64,000 nucleotides of DNA from Haliotis cracherodii (lineage: Eukaryota): contig NW_027266275.1 of the NCBI RefSeq assembly GCF_022045235.1, forward strand, positions 76,942,001-77,006,000, written 5' to 3'. The position numbers were made by a program, and so were the translations under genes. The notes below the pieces were generated by a model. The model did no database searches. It was not told the origin of the DNA and was given only the letters and a program-made list of their open reading frames with translations. Below, in pieces: positions 49,851 through 62,634 of this stretch; position 1 is the stretch's first letter; each line of letters opens with the position of its first letter.

Positions 49851-50784
49851 CATAAAATATAATCTCCATTGTCAAAGAACCAGATAAAGCATAGAATATG
49901 TTTCACCAGTGTCATTATGTCAGAACAAAAACCTTGCAAAATCAGACCATTCCATCACTGGGAACAATGGACAATTTTGTTAATAGCTGAGGTAGGGCTG
50001 TGGGAGTATTTTTGCCAGGTGAAAATGTCATATTCATGATTCCACAATCATCAAAACATTCTGATAGATAGCAGATGCTTAACTCATACCAGACAAATCA
50101 GGTACAAATCTATCCCCCAAAAAACCCCACAAAATCTATCCCAGATCAGACATTAAAGGACAGTAAGCCACTACAGGAACATACCATGTCCATGGCGAGA
50201 ACGTCCAGACCACCACCATCCCCGCTTCATGTAGCCCATATAACAGTAGCAAGCATATTCTGTAGTTGGTGAAATGTACATTTACATCTCATAAATCAGG
50301 AGTCACAGCACAGTGAACAACTTGATCAGTTTCTTGACATGTCATTGACATTTCCCCCTATCAGCCCTCTGAGGGCTGCAAACACTGACAGACTCTGGTG
50401 GAGAGAAGCACCTTGACAGACTCAACAAGGACTCTTCTGGCCTAGATCTGCCAGGGAGCTTCATGTCTCTACACTCATTTCAATGGATGACCAGGATACC
50501 ACTGTGGATCATTTCACCATTTGTAAAACATCAGGAGCTACATCTGTAATCTGCTGTACGGATGACCATCAATCAGAATCAATTCTGATGCTCACATTGT
50601 GCAGATTACATGCTAAGAATTTCCTATCGATGTAACAAACAGCTGAATAAGGTTGGAATGTTCTTTAAGTTCTTTGTCCGCATCTGTTATTCAAGTGAAG
50701 ACCACAGTACTTCTAGTATTACCCCTAGTTCTGCGCCATGACTGGAAATTAACACACTAACACGCACGCACATAAAGCTTACGC

Positions 50785-51093
50785 GGTGTGATGCATGACC
50801 TCTAGGTCGGTGTGATGCATGCCCCCTAGGTCGGTGTGATGCATGCCCTCTAGGCTGGTGTGATGCATGCCCCCTAGGTCGGTGTGATGCATGACCTCTA
50901 GGTCGGTGTGATGCATGACCTCTAGGTCGGTGTGATGCATGCCCTCTAGGTCGGTGTGATGCATGACCTCTAGGTCGGTGTGATGCATGCCCTCTAGGTC
51001 GGTGTGATGCATGACCTGGGTCGGTGTGATGCATGACCTCTAGGTCGATGTGATGCATGCCCTCTAGGCTGGTGTGATGCATGCCTTCTAGGT
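50785..51093. repeat. 24-bp minisatellite (ggtgtgatgcatgacctctaggtc), about 13 copies
   Basis: Tandem copies; explains the HASHRPRG ORF. Confidence 0.95.
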
Positions 51094-52244
51094 GCATCTC
51101 AACACGTATTTATGGAAGAAGTCATTGTCTTCTGTGACAATCATGCATAATTACTTTCAGCTACCATATTGAAAACATTATCAAAACTGTGTACTTACTC
51201 CTATGACATAAATGTTATAGAAAATAATATTAAGGAAGTAACATATATATATATATATTTGATGGTGATCTTAACTTCTTTTGAGTATTATATCTGTTAT
51301 TGAATACCATATTGAAATCAGATTCAAAATATTTCTTTACTCTTCTGAAACATACATTTTAGTTAACTAAAACAAAATATGTCCCATATACAAGCAGAAA
51401 ATTACATCGGCCCCATCCTCACTAAAAATCACTCAAAACGCAGACACTAAGAAATTAAAGTATATAACAATAAAAGCCAAATAAAACTTCAAAGCAAACA
51501 CACGCCAGTGCCAAATTGGAAGTGATTATGATGGACATACTAATTACACTATATCCCCTCCACAACATAGGTACAGTAACAGTCAGTATTATGCTCATAT
51601 TTTATTCTTGAGTAAATGTGATCAAAATTGCACATCAAACTCATTTGTTAACCTTACCAAAGACTCTATTTACGAGAATATTTCCCATTATGCCTAATTA
51701 GGCGTGGATAAGAACGACATTAACCTATGAAGTTTTCGCTGGTCGAAGAAAGTTTTCTGTGAGGCGAATTGACAAGAAAGCATCAAACACACTGCACTTG
51801 TAACAGGTGCTTGAACTTCAATGACAGGTGAAATTCATTGTAGGGTTCTATTAACACTGACACAGTATAGCCAAGTCATACATGAGACTAGCCATGATCA
51901 ATTGCTCAGCGCACATCAGCAGGCGTTGTTTCGCTCTCCCATCCAGTGCGGGAATCAATACAAGTGCTGTGAAGAGTGTTGAGCTATGAATAGGCAATGA
52001 CGCTAGCCATCTACTCCTGGAAAAAGTGCCACCATAGGTGACCACAGAATCATAAAAAAGAATTACTCTCTCATTAGCACAACTGTGTCAATGGCTACAG
52101 ATTAGACATAAAATCTCTATGTAATAGGTTCAAACAAACACACTTCATTTCCATTAACTTAACCATGTCATAGACTTACTAATTCCATTCAGTGTTCCCT
52201 GTCCTGTTGTCCAATATTTCATTGTTATACGAGTCCAAGTGTGG

Positions 52245-52414
52245 GGGGCAGTCGGGTAGCCTAGTGGTTAAAGCGTTCGCTTGTCATGCCAAAGACCCAG
52301 GTTCGATTCCCAACATGAGTACAATGTGTGAAGCCCAGTTCAGGTGACCCTCGACAAGATATTACTGGAATATTGCTCAAAGTGGTGTAAAATCAAACTC
52401 ACTCACTCACTCAC
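52245..52414 (+). mobile_element. tRNA-derived SINE, the only plus-strand copy seen; TSD ccaag(t/g)gtgg
   Basis: GTAGCCTAGTGG, GGTTCGATTCC, (ACTC)n tail, 10-bp flanking repeat with one mismatch. Confidence 0.9.
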
Positions 52415-53499
52415 CCAAGGGTGGACTGTTAACCGTTTACCAACAGAGTTTGTTTACTGAATGTCTCATGTTGACATGGAGGCTTAGTTCAAATACAGAC
52501 ATCTGTGGATTATACCTGCCTCCGTATGGTCCACCTGACACCCACTTGTGAATGTTTATACTGGGAAACAGACATCATATGTCACAACATCATTCATCGG
52601 TCTAAATACGTCCTAATAGTCTCCAAGGGAGGCAACTCTGCTAGTCTTAACACAACCTCCAAAACGGGTACAAAAGTAGGCTCCACATACAAAATTAGAA
52701 TCTGATGTGTTGCCAGAGATGGATTGTGAAGTGAAGAAGTTAGCAGCTACGATTGGATATAAGTATAAGATTTTGACGACTTTAAAAATCTAAATTGACC
52801 AGTAATGAAACATGGCTATGTTTTGCAATACTTTGCAATACTTTGTAATATTTTTCAAACATCATTACTTGTGCTGAATTTGTCAACAGATATTTTCAAC
52901 GAAGTGACATTTGGTGCAGAACTGGGGTTCTGGTGTACAGCTTCCTGTACTCGGAATAAGAGCTGGGGAACCTAGCCAAATGTCAGGATTTTATTGCAGC
53001 TTTAAGGCCAGGCTGTGCACATATAGCTGGGTTGTTACTATTTTTAAAACTAAAACTTTATCATAGAAGTAAATGGGAAAACATTAGGTGTATTACATAA
53101 GTGTAAGCTAGCTAAACTACAACCCTATACATTACAGCCATTGTACTATATCCCGTTATGTAGAAGAACAAGACCATGAGTGAACATATATTCATATTCC
53201 ATTATGTCTGATTTATCAATATGCAATGTTGTGGGAAAATCAATCTACAAACCAAAGTAAAAAAGATATAACTGCAAAAGTCAGCTTAACTTATCATTGT
53301 CATTAAAATAGGTCTACTACAAATCAATTAAGCTAGTTAAAGCATATATATTGATTATTTGTTTGTTGAAGTAGATTCATTGTGCCAGTCTTGTGCAAAT
53401 TCTCAGCTTGAGCAGATTACAGTGGAATTCCATCTGGGAATAATTCAAGCTGAAAGACGACCCCTGGGGTAGGCTTCATGTCAGTTGTAATTATCACTG

Positions 53500-54055
53500 G
53501 GCTGGACACCAGTAGTAGCTAGCTCACCTGGACACTGTAACATGACAGTAGCTAGCTCACCTGGACACCAGTAGTAGCTAGCTCACCTGGACACCAGTAG
53601 TAGCTAGCTCACCTGGACACTGTAACATGACAGTAGCTAGCTCACCTGGACACAATAGCATGACAGTAGCTAGCTCACCTGGACACAATAGTATGGGAAA
53701 CTCTAACATCACAATTGTCACAACAGTTGACATCGACAGTAGCTAGCTCACCTGGAAACTATAACATGACAGTAGCTAGCTCACCTGGACACTATAACAT
53801 GACAGTAGCTAGCTCACCTGGACACAATAGCATGACAGTAGCTAGCTCACCTGGACACAATAGTATGGAAACTCTAACATCACAATTGTCACAGCAGCCA
53901 ACATCGACAGTAGCTAGCTCACCTGTAAAATATAACATGACATTAGCTAGCTCACCTGGACACTATAGCATGACAGTAGCTAGCTCATCTGGACACTATA
54001 GCATGACAATTGTCACAGCAGCTAACACCGTCAGTAGCCAGCTGAACTGGACACT
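53500..54055. repeat. 33-bp minisatellite (agtagctagctcacctggacactataacatgac) with higher-order duplication
   Basis: Tandem copies; block 53632-53770 repeated at 53810-53940. Confidence 0.9.
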
Positions 54056-54407
54056 CAAACCTCCATAAATGTCACATGACACTGAGATTACAGGTAACTG
54101 ACACTGAGCGAGAAACGTTGTGATGTGCATGCTGATCACCCGTCGTCTAAGTCACTAAGTCGTCAGAACACAAAGACTCCTACAGGGCTAGGCTATGAGG
54201 GGAAGAACTATAGTATAAATGCATGTCTGACCATCATACAGAGCCACATCAGTCCCATATCAGCAACAGCCCTGGTCTTGTCTGAACTAGTTCTTCCAGT
54301 TAATAGATCTAACTGGTGCCCTAAGGCATCAGTATCTAAGCACTGATCAGGATGCATTGAGATCATGACTGTTATTTCAAAAACGGGAACAAAGGCACTT
54401 TGTATTG

Positions 54408-55160
54408 TTGATGTTATAGGATGCTAGGTGAAGCTAGGTGATGTTATAGGATGCTAGGTGGTGCTAGGTGATGTTATAGGATGCTAGGTGGTGCTAGGTG
54501 ATGTTATAGGATGCTAGGTGGTGCTAGGTGATGTTATAGATGTTATAGAATGCTAGGTGATGTAATAGAATGTTATAGGATGCTAGGTGATGTTATAGGA
54601 TGCTAGGTGGTGCTAGGTGATGTTATAGGATGCTAGGTGATGTCATAGGATGCTAGGTGATGTCATAGGATGCTAGGTGATGTTATAGGATGCTAGGTGG
54701 TGCTAGGTGATGTTATAGGATGTTATAGGATGCTAGGTGATGTTATAGGATGCTAGGTGGTGCTAGGTGGTGCTAGGTGATGTTATAGGATGTTACAGGA
54801 TCCAAGGTGATTCTAGGTTTATGCCAGGTAATGTTATAGGATGACAGGGGATGGCAGGTGATGCCAGGGGATGTTATGGTTTGTTTGCTTGTTTAGTTGT
54901 TTAAAGCCGCACTCAAGCTATATATTCAAGCTATATGACGACTGTCTGTAAATAATCGAGTGTGGGATGCTATGAGATGCAAGGTGGTGCTAGGTGATGT
55001 TATGTCTTGTTATGTATTGCCATGTCATGCTAAGTGATGTTATGTGATGCTTAGAGGTGCTATATCATGCTATGGCATTCTATATCTTGCTAGGTGATGC
55101 TATGTCATACCAGGTGATGCTATACCATTCTATGCCAAGTTATGTCATGCTAGGTGATCC
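54408..55160. repeat. 10-bp-based simple repeat (gatgttatag/gatgctaggt), interrupted at 54879-54962 by a retroposon 3' fragment
   Basis: Direct reading; the insert matches the tail of the 47587 family. Confidence 0.88.
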
Positions 55161-55349
55161 ACAAGTTCTGATGCATCATGGGTCGATAATAAGTCCTTGA
55201 CCTTTACTAAAGATAGGTCATGATTATTTCAGTGATTCTCAACACTTGTTTACTCCCTTACAAAAAATACCAAAACATTTTGTTGAAAGTGATACCTTTG
55301 TTCCCGATAGGCATGAAGTCTATGATTTATCAGCAGTTTATTCCATTCA

Positions 55350-55530
55350 AGTGAGTGAGTGAGTGAGTGAGTGAGTGAGCGTGGAAGAGTGAGTGAGTGA
55401 GTGAGTGAGTGAGTAAGCGAGCGAACGAGCGAGTGTGGATGAGTGAGTGAGCGAGCGTGAATAAGAGAGTGAATCAGCGTGGATGAGTGAGTGAGTGAGT
55501 GAGGGAGTCAGCAAGGATGAGTGAGTGTGT
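55350..55530. repeat. Imperfect (GAGT)n microsatellite
   Basis: Direct reading. Confidence 0.88.
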
Positions 55531-55618
55531 TTAACATAGCACATGAGTTGAGCATCAAATCCTTACTCATGAAAGGCAAACACATTAACCACAGGGCTGA
55601 GCACACCCAAAAGGAAGA

Positions 55619-55788
55619 GTGAGTGAGTGAGTGAGTATGGTTTTACGCTGCTTTTAGCAATATTCCAGCAATATCACGGCGGGGGACACCATAAATGGGC
55701 TTTACACATTGTACCCATGTCGGGAATCGAACCCGGGTCTTCGGCGTGGCGAGCTAATGCTTTAACCACTAGGCTACCCGACCGCCCC
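55619..55788 (-). mobile_element. tRNA-derived SINE, full length and apparently young, TSD cccaaaaggaaga
   Basis: Perfect 13-bp direct repeats at 55606-55618 and 55790-55802; intact A and B boxes; CpGs retained. Confidence 0.92.
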
Positions 55789-56868
55789 TCCCAAAAGGAA
55801 GAACACAATTTGGAAAATCTATTCCTCAATGAGTGAAGGAGCTCAAACATAATGACGAGTGAATCATTTGTTTCCCCAGGTAGGGAGATCAGGTGAGCTA
55901 ACAACTCCACTCCACATTTAATCCTATGTTGCACAGCGACTATCTCAGGCCTATATTACTGGTGCTAGTGGCAACAATACTCTTACTTCCTGTGTGGAGA
56001 GACTGTGGGCTGGATGGTTGCTGTGGCCGATATAACTGCATACAACTTCATAAAGCATAAACTATTGATTGCGATATGGTATTATTGTCCGACCAAGTCT
56101 TCCATCTACCTGGCTTGTATGTACAGGCATTTAGCATGGGCTGGGGAAATGGAAAGGCCCAGTGTAAAAGGCAAGGTCCAGTATTTTTAGCAGTGTTATT
56201 ACAACTGCATTCAAAGCCAAGGATGTTGGCCTTCTCGTGTGATGACTGGGCCATGCTTGTTATTCTGCATCATCTTATGGATCTAGGCAAAAGTACTTGT
56301 GACATACTGGATGGGAATGGTTGGTCTTAGACTAACATTTAGTCTCTGAAATCTTATATTACACAATATCCTTCTTGACTCTTAAAAAAAAAAAATCCCT
56401 AAGCTGATTTCAGAGCTAGCTTGAGCTGGCTAGACTTAATTTGGTATGCATTTCTAGATTATTTTTTTTTTCATAAAATAAATATATTTCACGGTCATGG
56501 TGCAGGACTAGGGTTGGTCTCAGTTGTCAGACAATAGGAAATAAAGTCATCTTCAGGGCCATATATTTCTGCCAAAATGGCCATACAGCAATAGTTTTTC
56601 CCCATACGGAATAATTTCAGTGATGAAGTATGAGTCACAGGAGAGATTGACCTAATATGTGTTTCTTTGTGTTATCAATTATCTGTGTTAGAATGATATT
56701 TCGAAAAAGATATCTGAAATGCCCTCGGCTTAATTATATGTGTGAGTGATGGAGTAATAAGGTGTCGGGAATCTGCCGTTGTACCTGGCCTGCAACAACC
56801 AAACCATTAGCTGATGCCGTGACAACTGAACCCTTTCTATTATACACAGTATCACAAGTTCACGTGAA

Positions 56869-57170
56869 GAGTGAGTGAGTGAGTGAGTCTCACAGGTTCA
56901 AGTGGGTGAGTGAGTGAGTCTCACAAGGCCAAGGCCGAGTGAGTGAGCGCGCGTGGGTGCGTGCGTGCGAGCGAGCGAGGGAGCGAGTCCTAACCCAATC
57001 ATGTCATCCAAGTGTGGGCTCTGTTTACTGCTTGGGTAACTTCCAAGGCATGGACATTGTGCTGCAAACCAAGGATAACATACGGGGCAAATATTGAATT
57101 TGAACCCTATACCAGCCGATTCTGTCAAGGCATGTAACACTGCAGCACTTTACACCACTGGGCTGGACAT
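56869..57170 (-). mobile_element. (GAGT)n/(GCGT)n tract with degraded tRNA-SINE remnant
   Basis: Simple repeat followed by tttgaaccc ... accactgggct, a degenerate B and A box on the minus strand. Confidence 0.5.
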
Positions 57171-57926
57171 GCTCAATTTAACATAGTACTCCCTTCTAGA
57201 TTCAGAGAAAAAAACATTTTCAGCTTTTATTTTCAAGTCAACAATTTAGTCATAGAGAGAGTGCAGAGAGTGAGGAGGACAAATCAAATAAATATTCTGC
57301 AGACACTGACACTTCCTTTCGTCAACAACGTTAATATCCCTTCAACCTTTCAAACTTCTCCTTCAAATGGTCTGTAAACATATATATCAACAGCACCATA
57401 TTCAACAAACAAGGTTAAGTATTGATTTTGAAGAAGAAAAAACTGTTACTTAAACATTGACGACATTTACAAAAATATACGTCCCTCTTGACTCCAGTAA
57501 TGTCTTTCTAATTGTTACGAAACAAAGCCCCGTCACAGAGAGCCATCTAAAAACTCCCAGCATCCCACCGGGATCCCGCCACGTCCATTCCAAAGGTTTA
57601 ATGCAGAAATCCAAACGTTCAAGTCCGTTCAACACAATCTAATCACGTCCAATTTCATCAGCATCTCCAAACTCTAATGTGTTTTTCTCCTGAAATGTGA
57701 TCAGGACATAAGTAGGAAACTAGTCCCAAGATCCCCCAGATTCTCCGAGCCCTGCAAGCTTCCGTCACAGTGGGGGGATGACTGAACGCATGCTAGAAAG
57801 TAATAGCATTCATCTCGGGGGGCTGCTTATCATGCAAAACAGTCACTGAGTAGTGAAGGCGCAGTATTGATAATGGCCAGTTAATAACCACTTGGTTGAC
57901 AAGGTAATTCGTATAGAATGTCAAAT

Positions 57927-57990
57927 CTATATATAACACCTTTAGTTCGTTTTTAAAGGTTATTAGTTTCAGTGGAAGAAGTGACGTCAC
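57927..57990 (-). promoter_or_regulatory. Candidate intronic promoter: GTGACGTCAC (CRE) followed about 45 bp downstream by TATATATA
   Basis: CRE at 57981-57990, TATA-like at about 57927-57934, CpG-richer sequence downstream. Confidence 0.4.
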
Positions 57991-58686
57991 CTTAAAATGG
58001 AACCCATTACAGACCTATTTCAACTTCCTGGCCAAAATATCATATGACGTAGAAATGAAAAGCAGTGCATTTAACTGTAAGTAATGTTACATTTGTTCCC
58101 AAGACTCATCACATGAATCAATACCCAGAAACGCAAGAATTCCAATCTCCGCGTGTTCCAATCATCCAAAGAAATGTTACATAAGTGTAAGAAAGTTTTT
58201 CCCCATTTTTTTGCACGTGGCTTGACCAAAAATAGCAACAAGATGTGTTTTGACTTGACAGGAGTAAGATACAGCTCCATCACTGGACAAATCAGCCCAG
58301 CATGCATCGAAACAGGAGTTTCACAAGGTGCAGCCTTCATGCAACATGATTAGAAAAGATTGGAAGACGTTTTCCTTTTCTTCTGCCCTTCTGCCCAGTC
58401 TCCTTTACAAATGTAAAACCATCTCATCATCTTCATCTCATTGCATACATCCTCTGCTGAGCACACCACTCAGCCTACCAGAAGTTGGGATAACGACTGC
58501 TGAAGCAAGTTCTAACTTTAATCTGACTGTATCAGAGCCATCAGGAAGAACTCAATGAGGCTGAATTCCAGACCTGACCGACCAAGCCTATCCCAGACAA
58601 GAGAGAGTGGGAAGTTTGTGGTCCCAAGAAAGCAATGAGTCCGAATGAGTCCAAACAAAACAAACAAGGGGTTGTTTGCATAAGCA

Positions 58687-58857
58687 GTGAGTGAGTGAGT
58701 GAGTGAGTGAGTACACCGCTTTTAGCAATATTCCAGCAAGATCACGTCTGAGGGACACCAGAAATGGCTTCACACATTGTACCCATGTGGGAAATCGAAA
58801 CCCGGGTCTTGGGCGTGACAAGCTACCACTTTAACCACTAGGCTACCCCACTGCCCC
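58687..58857 (-). mobile_element. tRNA-derived SINE
   Basis: A box, degenerate B box, tail, imperfect aagcag(t/a)gag flanking repeat. Confidence 0.88.
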
Positions 58858-60370
58858 AAGCAGAGAGGAATCCCATCCTTAGTGTGATGACACACAATCC
58901 AGCAAGATTCCAGGTTCTTACCACTGAATTACCACTTGTCTCAAGAGGTACCATGGAACTGGGACCTCTCAGACAAGAATTATTTGTCATTATATTCCCA
59001 TACATCATACTTAAGCAATGGCACACAAACAGAAAAATGAAAGGTCCACTCCGATATATGCTTTCATGAGAGATCAATATGTACTGTAGAAAATACATCA
59101 AATTGCATGTTCTGTCACACCTGTCCTTCAATCCCACAACACGGACTGCCAATGAGCTGAAACATGCTTCTCCAGAGCTACTGTCTGAACAATCACTTCG
59201 CCCCATGTCAGCTGGGAGCAATCCCTTTGTAAGGTTGCGCCATCGAGGTTAATTGGGCTGTAAGCCACAACCATTAATCACTTCAATCCTTTTGATCCCG
59301 ACATACATTCTAACTGCTAACGACTTCTGGTCACAGAAAGTTTTTTAACACATGATAAATAATGTTAAAGGTTAATATTCCTGCTGGGCGTAGGGTAACA
59401 TTTCCAAAGGGCTCGATCAGTTGGTCTGAAAGTGATGCCAGCCAATCAGAGGGCTGTGTACAAGATTACAACCAATCAGTAGTGACAGAACCCAATACAT
59501 GATGACAATATACCAGTTCCTTTCAAGGTTGAATCTAGTGTGAATAACATCAAAACAAATGCTTGTTAGATGCAAACGGGCCGCAGTAAGTCATTTTGAC
59601 GACTTCAGAGGCAACTGAAATAGAATTAAGGATGAATTCAACAAAGAAAAAATGACACGTTTGTACTCCTGATTGATGCTGAGCAACACTGCATTTTAAT
59701 TGGAAATCCTAACACTCCTGTCAACAGAGTTAGGGTTTTATATTGAATATATTTAGATGGGGAACATTTACATTTGGAGTGTTCGCATCAGGTTGATCTA
59801 AAAATCAGCTTAAAAAGACAAAACAAAAACATGGCCTCAACAAGGTTGGCTTCAAAACATGGTATGATGAACTCCATGCATACGAACTAAAGACAGAGAC
59901 TGTTAGCAATACATACAGAGTCCAAAGTCTCAAATGTGAAGTTGAAACAGAATAAATTACTCACTTCATACAGCCACCAGCAAAACATATTTTAATTTAA
60001 ATACAGACGAGAAGATTCTTTCTTGAAAAATCTTCCTAGTTTCACTTCAAATGAAATTTTCTTAGATGATTCCTTTTTGCCAAGGAACTCATATATCAAA
60101 GATATCAATCTGTTCATTTCTTCATCCAAAAACAACATGTGAGTGAGTGAACTAGGTTTCACACTACAGCCATCAATATTTCAGCTTCATCAAGCAGACA
60201 GCTGATGTGAAAGATGGTATTCACCATCAATCTCAATAATGCGATACCACAATAGTCAAGTCAGCATACAGCCTAGAGTTTCCGAGCTGATCTAAGTGCC
60301 AAATATCAACTGTATTATTACATCAACCATTGTGGCCTTCATATCCTTGGGGTATTTTGAGTTGCTTCTT

Positions 60371-60486
60371 TGACAAGCACAGAGTACAGTGACCTACTCT
60401 CCCTGTACTGCCAACAATCTGTAACAGGGGTGACAAGCACAGAGTACAGTGACCTACTCTCCCTGTACTGCCCACAATCTGTAACA
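60371..60486. repeat. 60-bp tandem duplication
   Basis: tgacaagcacagagtacagtgacctactctccctgtactgcc at 60371 and 60431. Confidence 0.92.
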
Positions 60487-60489
60487 TCT

Positions 60490-60790
60490 ATTAACGTCCA
60501 AATGTGCTTTGACCACGATTGATCTTGTCAAAGTCTCTCTTGAAGAGACAGGTCTTGAGTGAGTTTTAAAGTTTGTCAGACCTTCTGCTTCTCACATTTC
60601 TTGTGGCAGATTGTTCCATAGCAATGGGTGATATGAAAAGTTTTGGAACATGATCAGAGAGAACATGCTGGCTTGTATGGTACTATCAGTTCCTGTAAGT
60701 ATGCAGGAGCCAAACCATACAATGCCTTGTAAACCAGAGTGAGCTGTTTCAATGTATTCTTTGTTGGACTGGCAGCCAGAACGGTTCACA
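60490..60790 (-). mobile_element. 3' remnant of L2/CR1-group LINE ORF2, with frameshifts and stops
   Basis: Translated pieces WLPVQQRI, LTLVYKALYGLAPAYLQELIVPYKP, LWNNLPQEM, FK..LKTCLF match the conserved L2 ORF2 C-terminus. Confidence 0.8.
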
Positions 60791-61379
60791 GAAAAGACCA
60801 AAGTAGATTTCAAACAGAGGAATTCCACAGAAGGTGTCTTCCCTCCATAATGAGATAGACACAAACTGCATCCTGGTGCTGGGGATGACCTTACCTGACA
60901 TGCCATCACTTCCCGACTCACATCCAAACCAACCTGTTGGCACTCCGAGACATGGAATTTGTCCAGGCTTCTCCCATCTACCCCTGACCAACACAGTGAG
61001 TGGCACCAGTCATCTCCACCTCTCATTCCACACACCATCATATACATCTCCTCTGCATGCACGTACTAAGTCATGAATGTCACAGGATGTCTTTTATCTT
61101 TTATATTTAATCAGAATAATTCACAAACTCCTGGAAATGACGGCCATTCACTAGCTTATTTACAGAGCACAATAAACTGCACAGGATGTCATGACCATCT
61201 ACATTTTCCTGTCAGGAAGAACTACTCGGGTGTGTTTACAGAAATCCTGGCTCGTTCAGTTTCTATGGATTAAGTGAATCTGTATCATAAACATTGATTT
61301 CCAATTTAAACATTGAGTTAATTAGTGAAGAGGTGATCTGGTAACTGAGCTCAGATTGAGACAATACAGAGTACATAGA

Positions 61380-61725
61380 GTGGGTGGGTGAGAGCAAAAG
61401 TGAGTGAGTGAGTGAGTGAGTGAGTGAGTGAGAGTACATAGAGTGGCCGAGTGAGTGAGTGAGTGAGTGAGTGAGTGAGTGGGTGAGTGAGTGTACATAG
61501 AGTGGTCGGGTGAGTGAGTGAGTGAGCGAGTGAGTGGGAACGCCACTTGTATTCCAGTTATATCATGGCATGCCAGCTTAAGGCAGGAGGAAATCCCGAA
61601 TTGATGCAGGTCAGGTATAATCAGGGCAAACCGTGATTTGAACCCACAAATGTATGTTTCTGGCATGCCCAAGGAATGCAGATCTGCACAACGAATTGCA
61701 GCACCTTAGACTGCAAGGTCACCCA
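61380..61725 (-). mobile_element. (GAGT)n tract plus degraded SINE with tRNA-Leu-like head
   Basis: Minus strand reads GTCTAAGGTGCTGC ... GTGGGTTCAAATC, followed by an (ACTC)n tail. Confidence 0.55.
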
Positions 61726-62634
61726 TGTCCCCAGCAAGCGCTTGACCTAAACTCAGGGTCCTCCAGAATCTTGACCCATCAAGTAAACTGGAACACTGAA
61801 GCATCCAACCAGGGCTCATACTCTTCTACAACACATATAGCAACCATGGTCTAATTGGCAATCAGTACTCTAAATCAGTTTCTTACCTAATTACCATGAC
61901 AACTGTCCCTCCCACTTGGACAAGCATGACAATGGCAGGAAGTACTTTACCTCCCCAGAGGAAAGGTCTCGGGGGGGGATTTAGTTCAATCCAATATATC
62001 TTTCCCCTATGACTTGAGAGAGTGCATAGATTTTCAGGATTTGGGAGGTAGTTTTGTATGATGGAGTTGGCTTTATAGTATTAGAGAATAAAACATTAAC
62101 TTGAATCTATCCAAATATTTTGTCTAACAGCAATCTCCATCTTATTGCTATTTGCTATCGTTGAATTCCTGTATGGTTTCATCCTTCGATTAAGCATACA
62201 TCTGTGTCTGAAAGGTTACACCAGCCTACTGGCACGGGAGTGCTGCTGATGACAGCAGTAGCAGGTGCCCCGACCACACATTGCACAATTAATAGATGGG
62301 GGTGGGCGCTACAGTGCCCATATCAACACAAGGCCATTGTCTTCTGGACAAAACTGTCACACTTTTTATTTCTTGATGTTTGATGTGTCCCTGAGTGCTA
62401 GAGGCCATAGGACTTTCTGCCATAATGAGGACGTCATATCTGGAAGGCAATGAGCCTGGAGGTGAAGGGACATCAACTCTTAGGTCCTCCCACTCAGCAT
62501 TACTCGAGGGACCCGGGTAAAGGCTGATGGATTCTAAATGCTCACAGAATCAGATCCTGTGTATTTTGAAAGAGTGAGTCTCATGCCACTAACATTGTTA
62601 GTTTAATGTTGTATGAGAGCCAAAATGGGCAAAG

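Noticed and set aside
50687-54068. Repetitive ORFs (HASHRPRG, TVASSPGH) and similar ones at 33003-33317
   Set aside because: Tandem-repeat artefacts without convincing splice or promoter context.
55700-55788. tRNA-Asp-like genes in the SINE heads
   Set aside because: No proper acceptor stem pairing seen; they continue into a shared body and tail and carry TSDs, so they are SINEs.
58838-59221. ORF MGRSDCSDSSSG as an alternative N-terminus
   Set aside because: The nearest donor is weak and phase 2, incompatible with the phase-0 linker exon.
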